Numbered from the stretch's first letter, positions 32,750 to 41,379 are shown. The stretch is 64,000 nt of DNA from Candidatus Eiseniibacteriota bacterium (GCA_963702435.1 CAVPCR010000004.1:1-64000), one strand, 5' to 3'. The notes: generated from the letters alone by a model not told the origin. A program made the numbers and translations.

Positions 32750-33148
32750 GTGCGCTACCTCACGCTGGCCGAAGTCCTTGAACTCCACCAGTTGCTCGTT
32801 CAACGCACTGGCGGCGCTGCTGGCGTTCGGGACTTCGGGGCACTCGAGTCAGCCATCGCCCAGGCGCGGCAGTCTTTCCAGGGTGCCGATTTCTACCCCG
32901 AGATCGAGGACAAGGCGGCAGCTCTCGGCTACTTCATCATCAGCGGGCACCCCTTTGTTGACGGCAACAAGAGGGTCGGGCATGCCGCCATGGAGGTTCT
33001 GCTGCTTCTCAACAACAGGCGTGTAGATGCGTCCGTCGACGACAGCGAGCACATCGTTCTCGAGATCGCTAACGGCCGCTGCTCACGCGACCAGCTCGCC
33101 CATTGGCTTCGCGCACACACCTCACCTATCTCGACCGAATCTCCCTGA
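32750..33148 (+). CDS. doc: Doc/Fic-family toxin
   Basis: HPFVDGNKR motif. Confidence 0.92.
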   Translation: MRYLTLAEVLELHQLLVQRTGGAAGVRDFGALESAIAQARQSFQGADFYPEIEDKAAALGYFIISGHPFVDGNKRVGHAAMEVLLLLNNRRVDASVDDSEHIVLEIANGRCSRDQLAHWLRAHTSPISTESP

Positions 33149-33345
33149 AGCACAGGCTTTCACCTCTGGCTGTGTCCTCCTCGCGGGTTGACGCAAAACA
33201 CGCGGCCTGGCGGCTCCGCTCGCTGCGCTCGCTCCGCTGCAACCCGGCGCTCTCCGTCACGGCGCTTGCCGTGACGGAGAGCGCTGGAATCCACCTTGCT
33301 GCGGCAAGCGCCGTGCCCGGCGCCGGGTTCGCCAACCGCGCTATC

Positions 33346-33630
33346 GTTATGCGTCCTGGCCTCGTCTCAGCTACCTTGGTTGCCGCCTCCTTCTCACCTT
33401 TACTGCAGCGCCGGTAGCTCCGCTGTGAAGAAGACCAAAACAGGGGTCCCGTCACCACCGCTGTCCACGTCCCCTGCCACCTTGCTTTTCGCGCGGCACG
33501 TTGCGCCGCGCGCTTCGCATTCACCTCCATCGCTCCGGCCAGCTCGCTCCCTGGTTGCTTCTGCATGGAGTGGTCGAGGGGGTGGTGTCAGGTCCGGGCG
33601 TGCCGCTGGCGTTCACCTTCCAGCGGCTTC
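33346..33630 (+). other. ORF-less cassette, divergent family A
   Basis: Shares blocks with 2239-2584; 3' end and attC left arm deleted. Confidence 0.6.
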
Positions 33631-33844
33631 CGCCGCCCTTCCGTCACGGCGCTTGCTTGCTTGGGTGCTGCTGCTATCTCCGCTCCCGTCGCGGCAAGCG
33701 CCGCGCCGAGCGGCGGGTTCAGCAGCCACGGTATCGTTAAGCGCCGTCCGCTCGGCACTCCTGAGCTGCCATCATCGGTTGGCAGCTTGGCCCGTCCCAA
33801 CCATGGACCCTTACGAGCCCCTACCATCGGCCACTGCCGCTGCC

Positions 33845-33873
33845 TTGACCAAGCACGCCGCTTTCGCTAGCCT
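33845..33873 (+). promoter_or_regulatory. Sigma70-like promoter of TA cassette
   Basis: TTGACC-17 bp-TAGCCT. Confidence 0.55.
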
Positions 33874-33882
33874 TGGAAGGCC

Positions 33883-34134
33883 ATGAACTACCGAAACATC
33901 ATCACGATCGAGTCCGGGAAGCGTGGTGGCAAGCCTTGCATCCGCGGGTTGCGCATTACCGTCTACGACGTCCTCGAGTACCTTGCCTCCGGCATGACCG
34001 AGGGTGAGATCTTGGCTGACTTCCCCGACCTCACCCTTGAGGACATCCGCGCCTGCCTGGCTTTTGCTGCCGATCGAGAACGACGTTTTGTCTCCGTCCC
34101 TGAGCCGAGAGACTCCGCTGCGCCTCCTCTTTGA
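33883..34134 (+). CDS. DUF433 antitoxin
   Basis: GKRGGKPCIRGLRITVYDVLEYLASG. Confidence 0.9.
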   Translation: MNYRNIITIESGKRGGKPCIRGLRITVYDVLEYLASGMTEGEILADFPDLTLEDIRACLAFAADRERRFVSVPEPRDSAAPPL

Positions 34135-34450
34135 TCAGAACTTATCGCCTCGCCTTGTGCAGGCAATTGCTGACCTCTTTCCGGGCTCGGCTCACGTTCG
34201 TGACATCGGATTGGCCACTGCCGACGATGACGACGTGTGGTCCTACGCGGCCACCCATGACTTCGCGATCGTCTCCAAAGATGCCGACTTCCACCAACGC
34301 AGCTTCCTCTTCGGACACCCTCCGAAGGTCATTTGGGTCCGCCTTGGCAATTGCTCTACAGCCGACGTCATCGCGCTCCTGCGTACGCGGGCGCGCGACA
34401 TCCTTGCCTTCGACAGCGATCCCGGCGGGTCCTTTCTCGAACTACGCTGA
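34118..34450 (+). CDS. DUF5615 PIN-like toxin
   Basis: LLFDQNLS...IVSKDADF...PPKVIWVRLGN; start codon unclear. Confidence 0.85.
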   Translation: MRLLFDQNLSPRLVQAIADLFPGSAHVRDIGLATADDDDVWSYAATHDFAIVSKDADFHQRSFLFGHPPKVIWVRLGNCSTADVIALLRTRARDILAFDSDPGGSFLELR

Positions 34451-34714
34451 TCACGGCCATCTCAGTAACGTGGACGGCGCTTGTAACACGCGGCCTGGCG
34501 GCTCCGCTCGCTGCGCTCGCTCCGCTGCAACCCGGCGCTTTCCGTCGCGGCGCTTGCCGTGACGGGCCGCGCTGGGGGCCTCGCTTCTATGGCAAGCGCC
34601 GTGCCGGCGCCGGGTTCGCCAGTCGCGGTATCGATACGCCGGTCCACAGGCCCTCCTCGGCTCAAGCCAGAACCGTGCTGGCGCCAGGAGCCTGTGCCGC
34701 GGTAGACTCCTGCC

Positions 34715-34996
34715 GTGAGCTACGAATTCGAATGGGATCGCTCGAAGGCCACGGCCAACCTCCTCAAGCACGGCGTGGCGTTCGAGGAAGCCGTCACCGT
34801 CTTCGCGGATCCCTTGGCCATCAACATGCCCGATCCTGCTCATTCCGCCGATGAGGAACGCTTCTTGCTGCTCGGGACCTCGGCTCAGCAGCATCTCCTC
34901 GTCGTGGCGTACGCGGAGCGCGGGCGGCGCACTCGTCTGATCAGTGCGCGCAAAGCCACGAGGCGCGAACGAAACCGATATGAAGAAGAAGCCTAG
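34715..34996 (+). CDS. brnT: BrnT toxin
   Basis: FEWDRSKATANLLKHGVAFEEA...RLISARKA. Confidence 0.92.
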   Translation: MSYEFEWDRSKATANLLKHGVAFEEAVTVFADPLAINMPDPAHSADEERFLLLGTSAQQHLLVVAYAERGRRTRLISARKATRRERNRYEEEA

Positions 34997-35240
34997 GCCT
35001 TCAACAGCCAAAGACCCCGATCGTGACACTATGAGGGCGGAGTACGACTTTTCGAGCGGTGTCCGCGGTGTGACCGCGGCGCGCTACGCTCGGGGGACCA
35101 ACGTCGTAGTGTTGGATCCTGACGTCAAGCGTCTTTTCCCGACGTCTGCTGCCGTGAACGACGCCCTACGGGCGTTGGCGGCCATCGCCCAGCGGGCATC
35201 GCGATCGCGACGACGAAGCGCCTCCGCAAATCCGAGCTGA
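34980..35240 (+). CDS. BrnA-like antitoxin
   Basis: MRAEYDFS.GVRG...LDPDV...AVNDALR. Confidence 0.8.
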   Translation: MKKKPRPSTAKDPDRDTMRAEYDFSSGVRGVTAARYARGTNVVVLDPDVKRLFPTSAAVNDALRALAAIAQRASRSRRRSASANPS

Positions 35241-35550
35241 GAGCCTGAAGTGACCGGGGCCCTGCAGGTTACTCGTCGACCTGCTTGACTTCCTCGCCCC
35301 AAACGCTGCCCGGTCCTGATCTTGAAGACGCTGCCCTGGCCCGGCGTATAACACGCGGCCTGGCGGCTCCGCTCGCTGCGCTCGCTTCGCCCAACCCGGC
35401 GCTTTCCGTCACGGCGCTTGCCGTGACGGGCCGCGCTGGAGGCCTCCTTGCTGTGGCAAGCGCCGCGCCGGCGCCGGGTTCGCCAGCCGCGGTATCGTTA
35501 TGCGCGCAGCCCCTTGTCCGCACAGGCAGCGGCAGAGAAGGAGACCCCCC

Positions 35551-36903
35551 ATGAAAGCGCTTGCTTTGCTTCTGATCATCGCCATGTGCCTCCCCGCGTC
35601 CGCAGCGGCCACGCGCCGCGTGCCAGCCGATTACCCAACGATCCAGGCAGGTATCGATGCCGCGCTCAGCAGCCTCGATACCGTCCTCGTCGCCCCTGGC
35701 ACCTACTTCGAGAACCTCGTCACCCGCGGTATACCGATCACGCTGGTGAGCGAGGCCGGGCCGGCCGCCACCATCATCGACGGCTCCAACCCCGACGACC
35801 CCGACTCCGCGAGCGTCATCTTGGCGTTGAGCGCCCTGACCATCGAGGGCTTCACCATCACCGGCGGCTCGGGCACGATGTCGGTACCAGACTACCTAGC
35901 AGGGGGAGGGCTCGCCCTTCGCGGCGCGGCGACGATCCGCGGCAACTGGATCACCGAGAATCACGTCATCTCACCCCGCGGCTATGGCGGAGGCATCGAG
36001 ATATCACAGGTTCCTGATTATCTAAACTTGCGCATTATCGGGAACCGCATCTACTCGAACTCGGCCCGTGACGGCGGTGCCATCTTCAACGCTGCGTGGA
36101 GCGCTCATCTCGAGAACAACGTCATCTACGACAACCATGCGTCCAACTTCTGCGGGGCGCTGCTGGATGACAGAATAAACGCCACTCAGCTCCGCAATAT
36201 ATACGCTTGCAACGGGAGTGGGACCGGGCCAACCGCCGTCTATGGGTGCCGCGAGGTCCGGAGCTGCACCTTCGTCAGCAACGTGGGAAGCTCGCCCGCG
36301 CTCTCTACGGTGTTAAGGACCCATAACTCGATCTATGCATTCAACATCGGCGGAGGCCTCAGTTGCATTAACTCGAGTCACTCCTGTAACGACATCTTCG
36401 GGAACACGCCGTACGACGTTCATCCAGACTGCCGTCTTGTCATCGGACAGAGTGGGAACATCTCGGTGGACCCCTCCTTCGGCGATGCCGACAGCTGTGC
36501 TGCCAGCTACTGCTTGAGCCCGGGTTCGCCGCTGCTGCCGGAGAACTCGCCTCCCGGCTGCGGCCTGATCGGCGCCCGCGGTGCGTGCGAGGTGCTGGCG
36601 ATCGACGCCCTGACGAGCCCCGACTTCGCAACCGGACCTCTTCTCGCCCGTCCCAACCCGCTCCATCCCACCACCACGCTGAGCTTCGTCCTGGGCGCAC
36701 CTCGCCATGTCGAACTCAACATCGTGGACGCCAAGGGGCGAGTGATCAGGCGTCTCGTGAACCGCGCTCTGCCCGCAGGGCAGCACGACGCCACGTGGGA
36801 CGGCCGCGACGAGCAGGGGAGGGAAGTCGCTTCCGGAGCGTACATCGCCGTGCTCAAGTCGCCCTCGGCCCGCCTTAGCCAGAAGCTCCTGCTCCTCAAG
36901 TAG
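35551..36903 (+). CDS. Secreted beta-helix protein with FlgD-Ig/T9SS-like C-terminal domain
   Basis: VPADYPTIQAGIDAA; PNP...WDGRD...SGAY...KLLLLK. Confidence 0.88.
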   Translation: MKALALLLIIAMCLPASAAATRRVPADYPTIQAGIDAALSSLDTVLVAPGTYFENLVTRGIPITLVSEAGPAATIIDGSNPDDPDSASVILALSALTIEGFTITGGSGTMSVPDYLAGGGLALRGAATIRGNWITENHVISPRGYGGGIEISQVPDYLNLRIIGNRIYSNSARDGGAIFNAAWSAHLENNVIYDNHASNFCGALLDDRINATQLRNIYACNGSGTGPTAVYGCREVRSCTFVSNVGSSPALSTVLRTHNSIYAFNIGGGLSCINSSHSCNDIFGNTPYDVHPDCRLVIGQSGNISVDPSFGDADSCAASYCLSPGSPLLPENSPPGCGLIGARGACEVLAIDALTSPDFATGPLLARPNPLHPTTTLSFVLGAPRHVELNIVDAKGRVIRRLVNRALPAGQHDATWDGRDEQGREVASGAYIAVLKSPSARLSQKLLLLK

Positions 36904-37268
36904 TCCCCCATGGGTGCCTGGCTGCGCGCATAACACGCGGCCTGGCGGCTCCGCTCGCTGCGCTCGCTTCGCTGCAACCCGGCGCTCTCCGCCACGGCGC
37001 TTGCCGTAACGGGCTGCGCTGAAGGCTCCCTTGCTGCGGCAAGCGCCGCGCCGGGGCGGCGGGTTCAGCAGCCACGGTATCGTTAAGCGCACCTCGCTCG
37101 GGTGCTCGGGAAAAGCGTCGCCTGAGCCTCCGCCCGCCCCTTTCACTGCCTGCTTGGCGCTTCCGCCTCCCTTGCGTACACTAAACGCCGATCCGAGCCC
37201 CGAGGGCTCGCTCGACCGGTGGGGCTGGGAGGAAACTCTCCTCGCGCTCTGAACCGCAGGAGGCAAGG

Positions 37269-37529
37269 CTGCGACGCCGAGATTGGCCCCCCTGGTGGAC
37301 TTGGGAGCTCGAACTGAGTCCCCACTTGCTCAAGCGCATGGTGGATCGCCGGTTCTCCGAAATCGACCCGAGGGCCATGCTCGAGCGCGCATCAGCCTGT
37401 CGGAGCCATGTCACACCAGGGCGGTGGGTCATCGAAACCCGGCTTCGGCAGCGGCGGTGGCAGGTCATCGTCGAGTCTGACACCGCCTCCGAATTGCTGA
37501 TGGTGGTAGTCACCGCCTATCCGTTCTGA
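37269..37529 (+). CDS. DUF4258-like putative toxin
   Basis: WWTWELELSPHLLKRM...VVTAYP; RBS GGAGG, start codon atypical. Confidence 0.7.
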   Translation: MRRRDWPPWWTWELELSPHLLKRMVDRRFSEIDPRAMLERASACRSHVTPGRWVIETRLRQRRWQVIVESDTASELLMVVVTAYPF

Positions 37530-37540
37530 GAGAGAACACG

Positions 37541-37810
37541 ATGCACGAGCCGTATCTGGAAGTGACCTTTCGCCACGGTCGCCCTCTCGCGGCCTACTTC
37601 TACCTGCCCCGTCGTCCCGGTCAGCGCAGCTTTCGAAGCCGACCCGTTGACCCCGGGATGGTCATCGACTTCAGCCGCGGCGGTCGCCCGATCGGCATCG
37701 AAATCACCGCACCGGACAAAGTCACCCTCGCGGCGATCAACCGCGTCCTACGTGCCCTAGGATGCTCCCCTGTCAGGAAAGCCGATCTTGCCCCGCTCCG
37801 CGCCGCCTAG
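37541..37810 (+). CDS. DUF2283-like putative antitoxin
   Basis: AAYFYL...VIDF...PIGIEI. Confidence 0.8.
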   Translation: MHEPYLEVTFRHGRPLAAYFYLPRRPGQRSFRSRPVDPGMVIDFSRGGRPIGIEITAPDKVTLAAINRVLRALGCSPVRKADLAPLRAA

Positions 37811-38045
37811 TCCTGCACTGTGATCGATCCACGACCACATAGCGGACAAGTCGCATCGTCGGAGTTCGGACCCCCTGCTGCAGTGGCCGACACAAGGTGC
37901 GCTTAACACGCGGCTTGGCGACTGCGCTCGCTCCGCTGCAACCCGGCGCTGGAGGCCCCCTTGCTGCGGCAAGCGCCGTGCCGGGCGCCGGGTTCGCCAG
38001 CCGCGGGATCGTTATGTGCCCTTGGCCATGCGGCTCCGGTGTTGG

Positions 38046-38462
38046 TCAGCTCAGGTCGCGGCGCAAGTGGTGGTCAACGAAGTAGCGTGGGCGAACCACG
38101 ACAACACCACCGTAACCAGACACTTTGAGCAGCTGTTTGTCTCCGCTAACCACCAGCGGTGCCTTCCCGGCGAGAGCACATGCCAAGAACTTGTCGTCCG
38201 CTGAGTCCGCACACACTGGCTCCGGTAGATTCGGGGCGAAAACGACCGTCGCCTTCGCAATCAAATGCGCCAAGATCGGCGCCGTATCGAGCCCAGAGAC
38301 CTTTCGCTCCAGTTCCCTTCCAGCTCGCACGTACTCGTCGGTAATCTCAGGGGAGACCATGGCATCGAACTCCCCGTTACCCCACGCCTCGATCACCACG
38401 GCGGGAGCTCCCCCAAAGAAGATGCCTGACAACACGACGTTCGTGTCGACCACAACCCTCAA
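38046..38462 (-). CDS. PIN-family toxin (antisense to array)
   Basis: VVVDTNVVLS...DDKFLACA...VSGDKQLL. Confidence 0.9.
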   Translation of the reverse strand: MRVVVDTNVVLSGIFFGGAPAVVIEAWGNGEFDAMVSPEITDEYVRAGRELERKVSGLDTAPILAHLIAKATVVFAPNLPEPVCADSADDKFLACALAGKAPLVVSGDKQLLKVSGYGGVVVVRPRYFVDHHLRRDLS

Positions 38463-38722
38463 CGCCGCTTCCGGGCTGATGCCACGGCCGCCTTCACATC
38501 GCCGCGCTTGAGCCGCGCTCGGCGAGCGGACTTGCGGGCCTCGGCGATCAGCTCACTGAACTCAGCCATCGCCGGTGGCATGATCGCCTTGAGAATCACG
38601 ACGTCTCTGCTGCCAATGACGACGAACTCCGCCCCGGCTTTCAGTCCTAGACGCTTGCGCACGCTCTCGGGAATGACCACCTGGCCCTTGGAGGACATCT
38701 TGGTGGTGGTAACCGTTTCCAT
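38459..38722 (-). CDS. AbrB/MazE-family antitoxin
   Basis: KMSSKGQVVIPESVRKRLGL. Confidence 0.9.
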   Translation of the reverse strand: METVTTTKMSSKGQVVIPESVRKRLGLKAGAEFVVIGSRDVVILKAIMPPAMAEFSELIAEARKSARRARLKRGDVKAAVASARKRR

Positions 38723-38804
38723 TGGGCAAACCTCCTTCTGCGGTCGTCTTACCGGTAAGACTATACGAACGGAGAGATCGCCACAAGCGGATCCTGGAGT
38801 GGCG

Positions 38805-39172
38805 TCAAAGATGAAGATCGACCGTGCCCTCGGCCAGGCTCGCCGCCGCCGACTGGTTCTTCTCGTCCAGCTCTCGATAGAGCGTCTTCAGCGCATCGCG
38901 TGCCTCGGCGTAGGTCGGGCGGTCGTAGGCCCGCTGCAACCGCTGGCGCATCGCCGCCTGCTCGCCCTTCGGCAAGTACCCGACCACATTCTCGCGCTTA
39001 TGCCACGTGCAACGCTGGATCACCACCCGGCAGGCGAAGGCCCTGGTCACCGCCGCCCGCAGGCCCTTCCCGCCGTCGATGATCACCAGCACCCCGCCCG
39101 AGATGTCGAGACCTCGCTCGAGCAGGGAGCACAGGAACGGCGTCAGCACCTTCTCGTTCTCGGTGTCGGTCT
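38805..39172 (-). pseudogene. IS256-family transposase fragment
   Basis: RGL...VIIDGGKGL...QRCTWHKREN; fused to an attC remnant. Confidence 0.8.
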
Positions 39173-39405
39173 CGCGCCCAACGCGGCGCCCTCCGTCACG
39201 GCGCTTGCCGTGACGGGCCGCGCTGGAGTCCACCTTGCTGCGGCAAGCACCGTGCCGGCGCCGGGTTTGCCAGCCACGCTATCGTCATGCGGCCCGGCTC
39301 GCGCAGCCTTCCGGGAGAGGGCTGGCAGACGCGTTGCCTCTCATGTACGATCGGTCCGCGGTGCCGCTGGCACTCACGGCTACCAGCGCAGCCATTGGAA
39401 ACCCT

Positions 39406-39645
39406 ATGAACTGGCGTGACCACATTGCAGCCGACCCCCAGGTCCTCGCTGCAAAGCCCGTCGTCCGCGGCACACGGCTCTCCGTGGATTTCCTTCTCGG
39501 CTTGTTTGCCGCAGGCTGGACCGCTGGGCAGGTCATCAAGAACCACCCGAGCCTGACCCCTGACGCGCTCCGGGCCGTTCTGCCTTCGCCGCGGAGTCGC
39601 TTTGCGACGACGCTCTCTATCCCCTTCGACCCGACTTCGCGTAGT
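39406..39645 (+). pseudogene. DUF433 antitoxin (frameshifted) followed by a DUF5615 start remnant
   Basis: KPVVRGTRLSVDFLL...; GTG-RILAD at 39644 then truncated. Confidence 0.7.
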
Positions 39646-39662
39646 GCGCATCCTGGCCGACG

Positions 39663-40331
39663 ATGATCTCCGTCTTGTCTAGAGCAGAGCCTGACTCGGA
39701 TCGTCAGCCGCATGCCGCCCTCGCTGCGTCGGCTCTCGCCTTGTCCGCTTTGCTCTTGCTTGCCTCTTCCCCGGCGGTTGCCGCAACCAGTTCGAACACG
39801 ACCTTCGTGCTCCATGTCGTACAAGCGCAGTTTGGGCCCTGCAACATCGTTGACCCCTGCCAGCCAGGGCCGCGACCGGGGCCAACCCTCGAGATCACCG
39901 AGCCGGGAGAGCCGCACGTCATCTACTTCATCGTGCGCAACTACGCAGAGATCACCGGGCTCCAGGCCGATCTCGCATGGCCTGCCGACTGGACCTGGCT
40001 CTTCGCGATCACTTGTCCGCCCAACCCTTTCGACTGCTTCCGCCTCGGCCCAAACACCATCTCCTGCTCGTTCAGCGACTGCCTTACAGGCGGCTCCTCG
40101 CGGGTCATGGCAGCCATTCACATGATCCCGGGCTCCGGCTGCTTCTCGATTGTCGAGTCCGCGCAGCCAGGTGGCAACTACGTGCTCGACTGTCTGGCTC
40201 AGCCCGAGGTCGTGGCGGAGCGCAACCTGGGACGCATTTGCGTCGGCCCGGGCGGCCTCGATACCTGTGATCCCGCTGCCCCCGTCGAGAGCGTCACCTG
40301 GGGAGCAATCAAAGCCCACTACCCGAACTGA
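39663..40331 (+). CDS. Secreted Cys-rich family protein with TWG tail
   Basis: FVLH...DPC...GRICVGPGG...TWGAIKAHYPN. Confidence 0.82.
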   Translation: MISVLSRAEPDSDRQPHAALAASALALSALLLLASSPAVAATSSNTTFVLHVVQAQFGPCNIVDPCQPGPRPGPTLEITEPGEPHVIYFIVRNYAEITGLQADLAWPADWTWLFAITCPPNPFDCFRLGPNTISCSFSDCLTGGSSRVMAAIHMIPGSGCFSIVESAQPGGNYVLDCLAQPEVVAERNLGRICVGPGGLDTCDPAAPVESVTWGAIKAHYPN

Positions 40332-40363
40332 TCCGGGGCTCGTCTGGCCGGCCGGCTCACCCG

Positions 40364-41212
40364 ATGGGCGCACGGCTCATCGCCCTGGTTCCAGCTACCA
40401 TCGCGATCTTGCTGCTCCGCTGTCGGACCAGCACCCCGGCGAATCGGTTGCCGGGGTACCTGTGCGGCGCTCCGACGGCCACTTTTCGAGCGTGCCATCG
40501 GAGCTGTAAAATCGATGTGGCTCGCTCCGCACACCACGGCGCGCGCTTCGGTGTCTCTCACTATCAGCCAGCCGCCGGCCTCCGCATCGAGTTCGCCACG
40601 CCCTTCGACTCCTCGCGTCCAATCCTCAGATACATCGTCTCCGCTCCCACCGTCGGTCGCTGGCAGTTTGCGCCCGGCCCGGGGGGCCTCTACGGTTACT
40701 GGGCGGCCCCGGGGGGCGCCTTTCACGGCTACTGGGGCCGCGGCTCCCATGTCGACGTCGGCAATGTCTGCGGCGATGTCCACCTGCTCCATCCCTGCGA
40801 GTTCTGCGAGATGCTCCCGGGGACTGAACCCAGCGCAGCGTTCAGTCCTCCATCGCTCGCCATCACCATCCCGCAGGACCAGGTCACGACCATCCCGCTG
40901 GTGGTGACCCCCGGCCGCTCATGCATGCCCATTCCCAACTGCGGATCCATTCCCATCGAATGCTACGCGGGATTCACCTCCTCCGTGCCCTGGCTCTCCT
41001 TCGTCCACCTCGGAGGAGACAACTACCTGGCCCGCATCGATGCCGGCGGCCTCGTTCCCGGCGCCTACCACGGCAGCGCTGAAGCCGAGGGCCGGCGGTG
41101 CTGCCAGTCCGTGTGCTGGCCGGTCGATCTCATGGTCACGCCGGCGACCACTCCCGTCGAGGATCAGCCTCTGCGCTCCACCTGGGGCAGCATCAAGTCC
41201 ATCTATCGCTGA
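40364..41212 (+). CDS. Secreted protein (BACON-like C-terminal region) with TWG tail
   Basis: PWLSF...GLVPGAYHG; ends TWGSIKSIYR. Confidence 0.7.
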   Translation: MGARLIALVPATIAILLLRCRTSTPANRLPGYLCGAPTATFRACHRSCKIDVARSAHHGARFGVSHYQPAAGLRIEFATPFDSSRPILRYIVSAPTVGRWQFAPGPGGLYGYWAAPGGAFHGYWGRGSHVDVGNVCGDVHLLHPCEFCEMLPGTEPSAAFSPPSLAITIPQDQVTTIPLVVTPGRSCMPIPNCGSIPIECYAGFTSSVPWLSFVHLGGDNYLARIDAGGLVPGAYHGSAEAEGRRCCQSVCWPVDLMVTPATTPVEDQPLRSTWGSIKSIYR

Positions 41213-41379
41213 AGCGCGATCAAGATGTCCTATCGGTGAGGGAACCGGCGGTGCGGGCTTCGGGGCGCTGGAGCCAGAAGCTCCTGCTCTTGAAGTCGCC
41301 CTGCAGTGGCTCAACCCTGAGGTGGCTCGCCCCGAGGTGGCTCGCCCCGAGGTGGCTTGGCCCACGCCGGGAGGCTGTC

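Larger units (their letters stand above)
1..39290 (+). mobile_element. Integron gene-cassette array (about 30 cassettes, integrase not in window)
   Basis: Recurrent attC-like hairpin separates single genes, TA pairs or ORF-less units, nearly all co-oriented; array is open at the left edge. Confidence 0.92.
305..39290 (+). repeat. attC-like repeat family (27 complete, 4 partial)
   Basis: R''-R' spans: 305-478, 1245-1403, 2086-2245, 2578-2751, 3120-3294, 4160-4318, 5164-5323, 6266-6424, 7211-7369, 8163-8323, 9118-9278, 10322-10486, 11430-11588, 11957-12000 (cut by transposon), 15937-16102, 17804-17962, 18828-18986, 19723-19881, 20741-20900, 21088-21157 (inverted half), 22752-22909, 30282-30440, 30796-30970, 32298-32458, 33193-33352, ~33630-33742 (left arm lost), 34481-34639, 35346-35503, 36928-37088, 37901-38017 (internal deletion), ~39174-39290 (left arm lost). 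Consensus AACACGCGGCCTGGCGGCTCC...GTCACGGCGCTTGC...GCAAGCGCC...GGGTTCGCCAGCCGCGGTATCGTT. Confidence 0.92.

Noticed and set aside
305..39290. Repeats as a CRISPR array
   Set aside because: Repeats are 150-175 bp, the intervals are gene-sized, and no cas genes are present
305..39290. Repeats as REP/BIME or MITE elements
   Set aside because: No target duplications; strict one-per-gene co-orientation, AAC/GTT cores and cassette-specific end pairing fit attC; absent from the core region
1148..39651. Many recurring ORFs such as TIPRLANPAPG, NDTAAGEPGA and LRQAPCRAPGSPAA
   Set aside because: Translations of the GC-rich attC repeat itself, not a protein family
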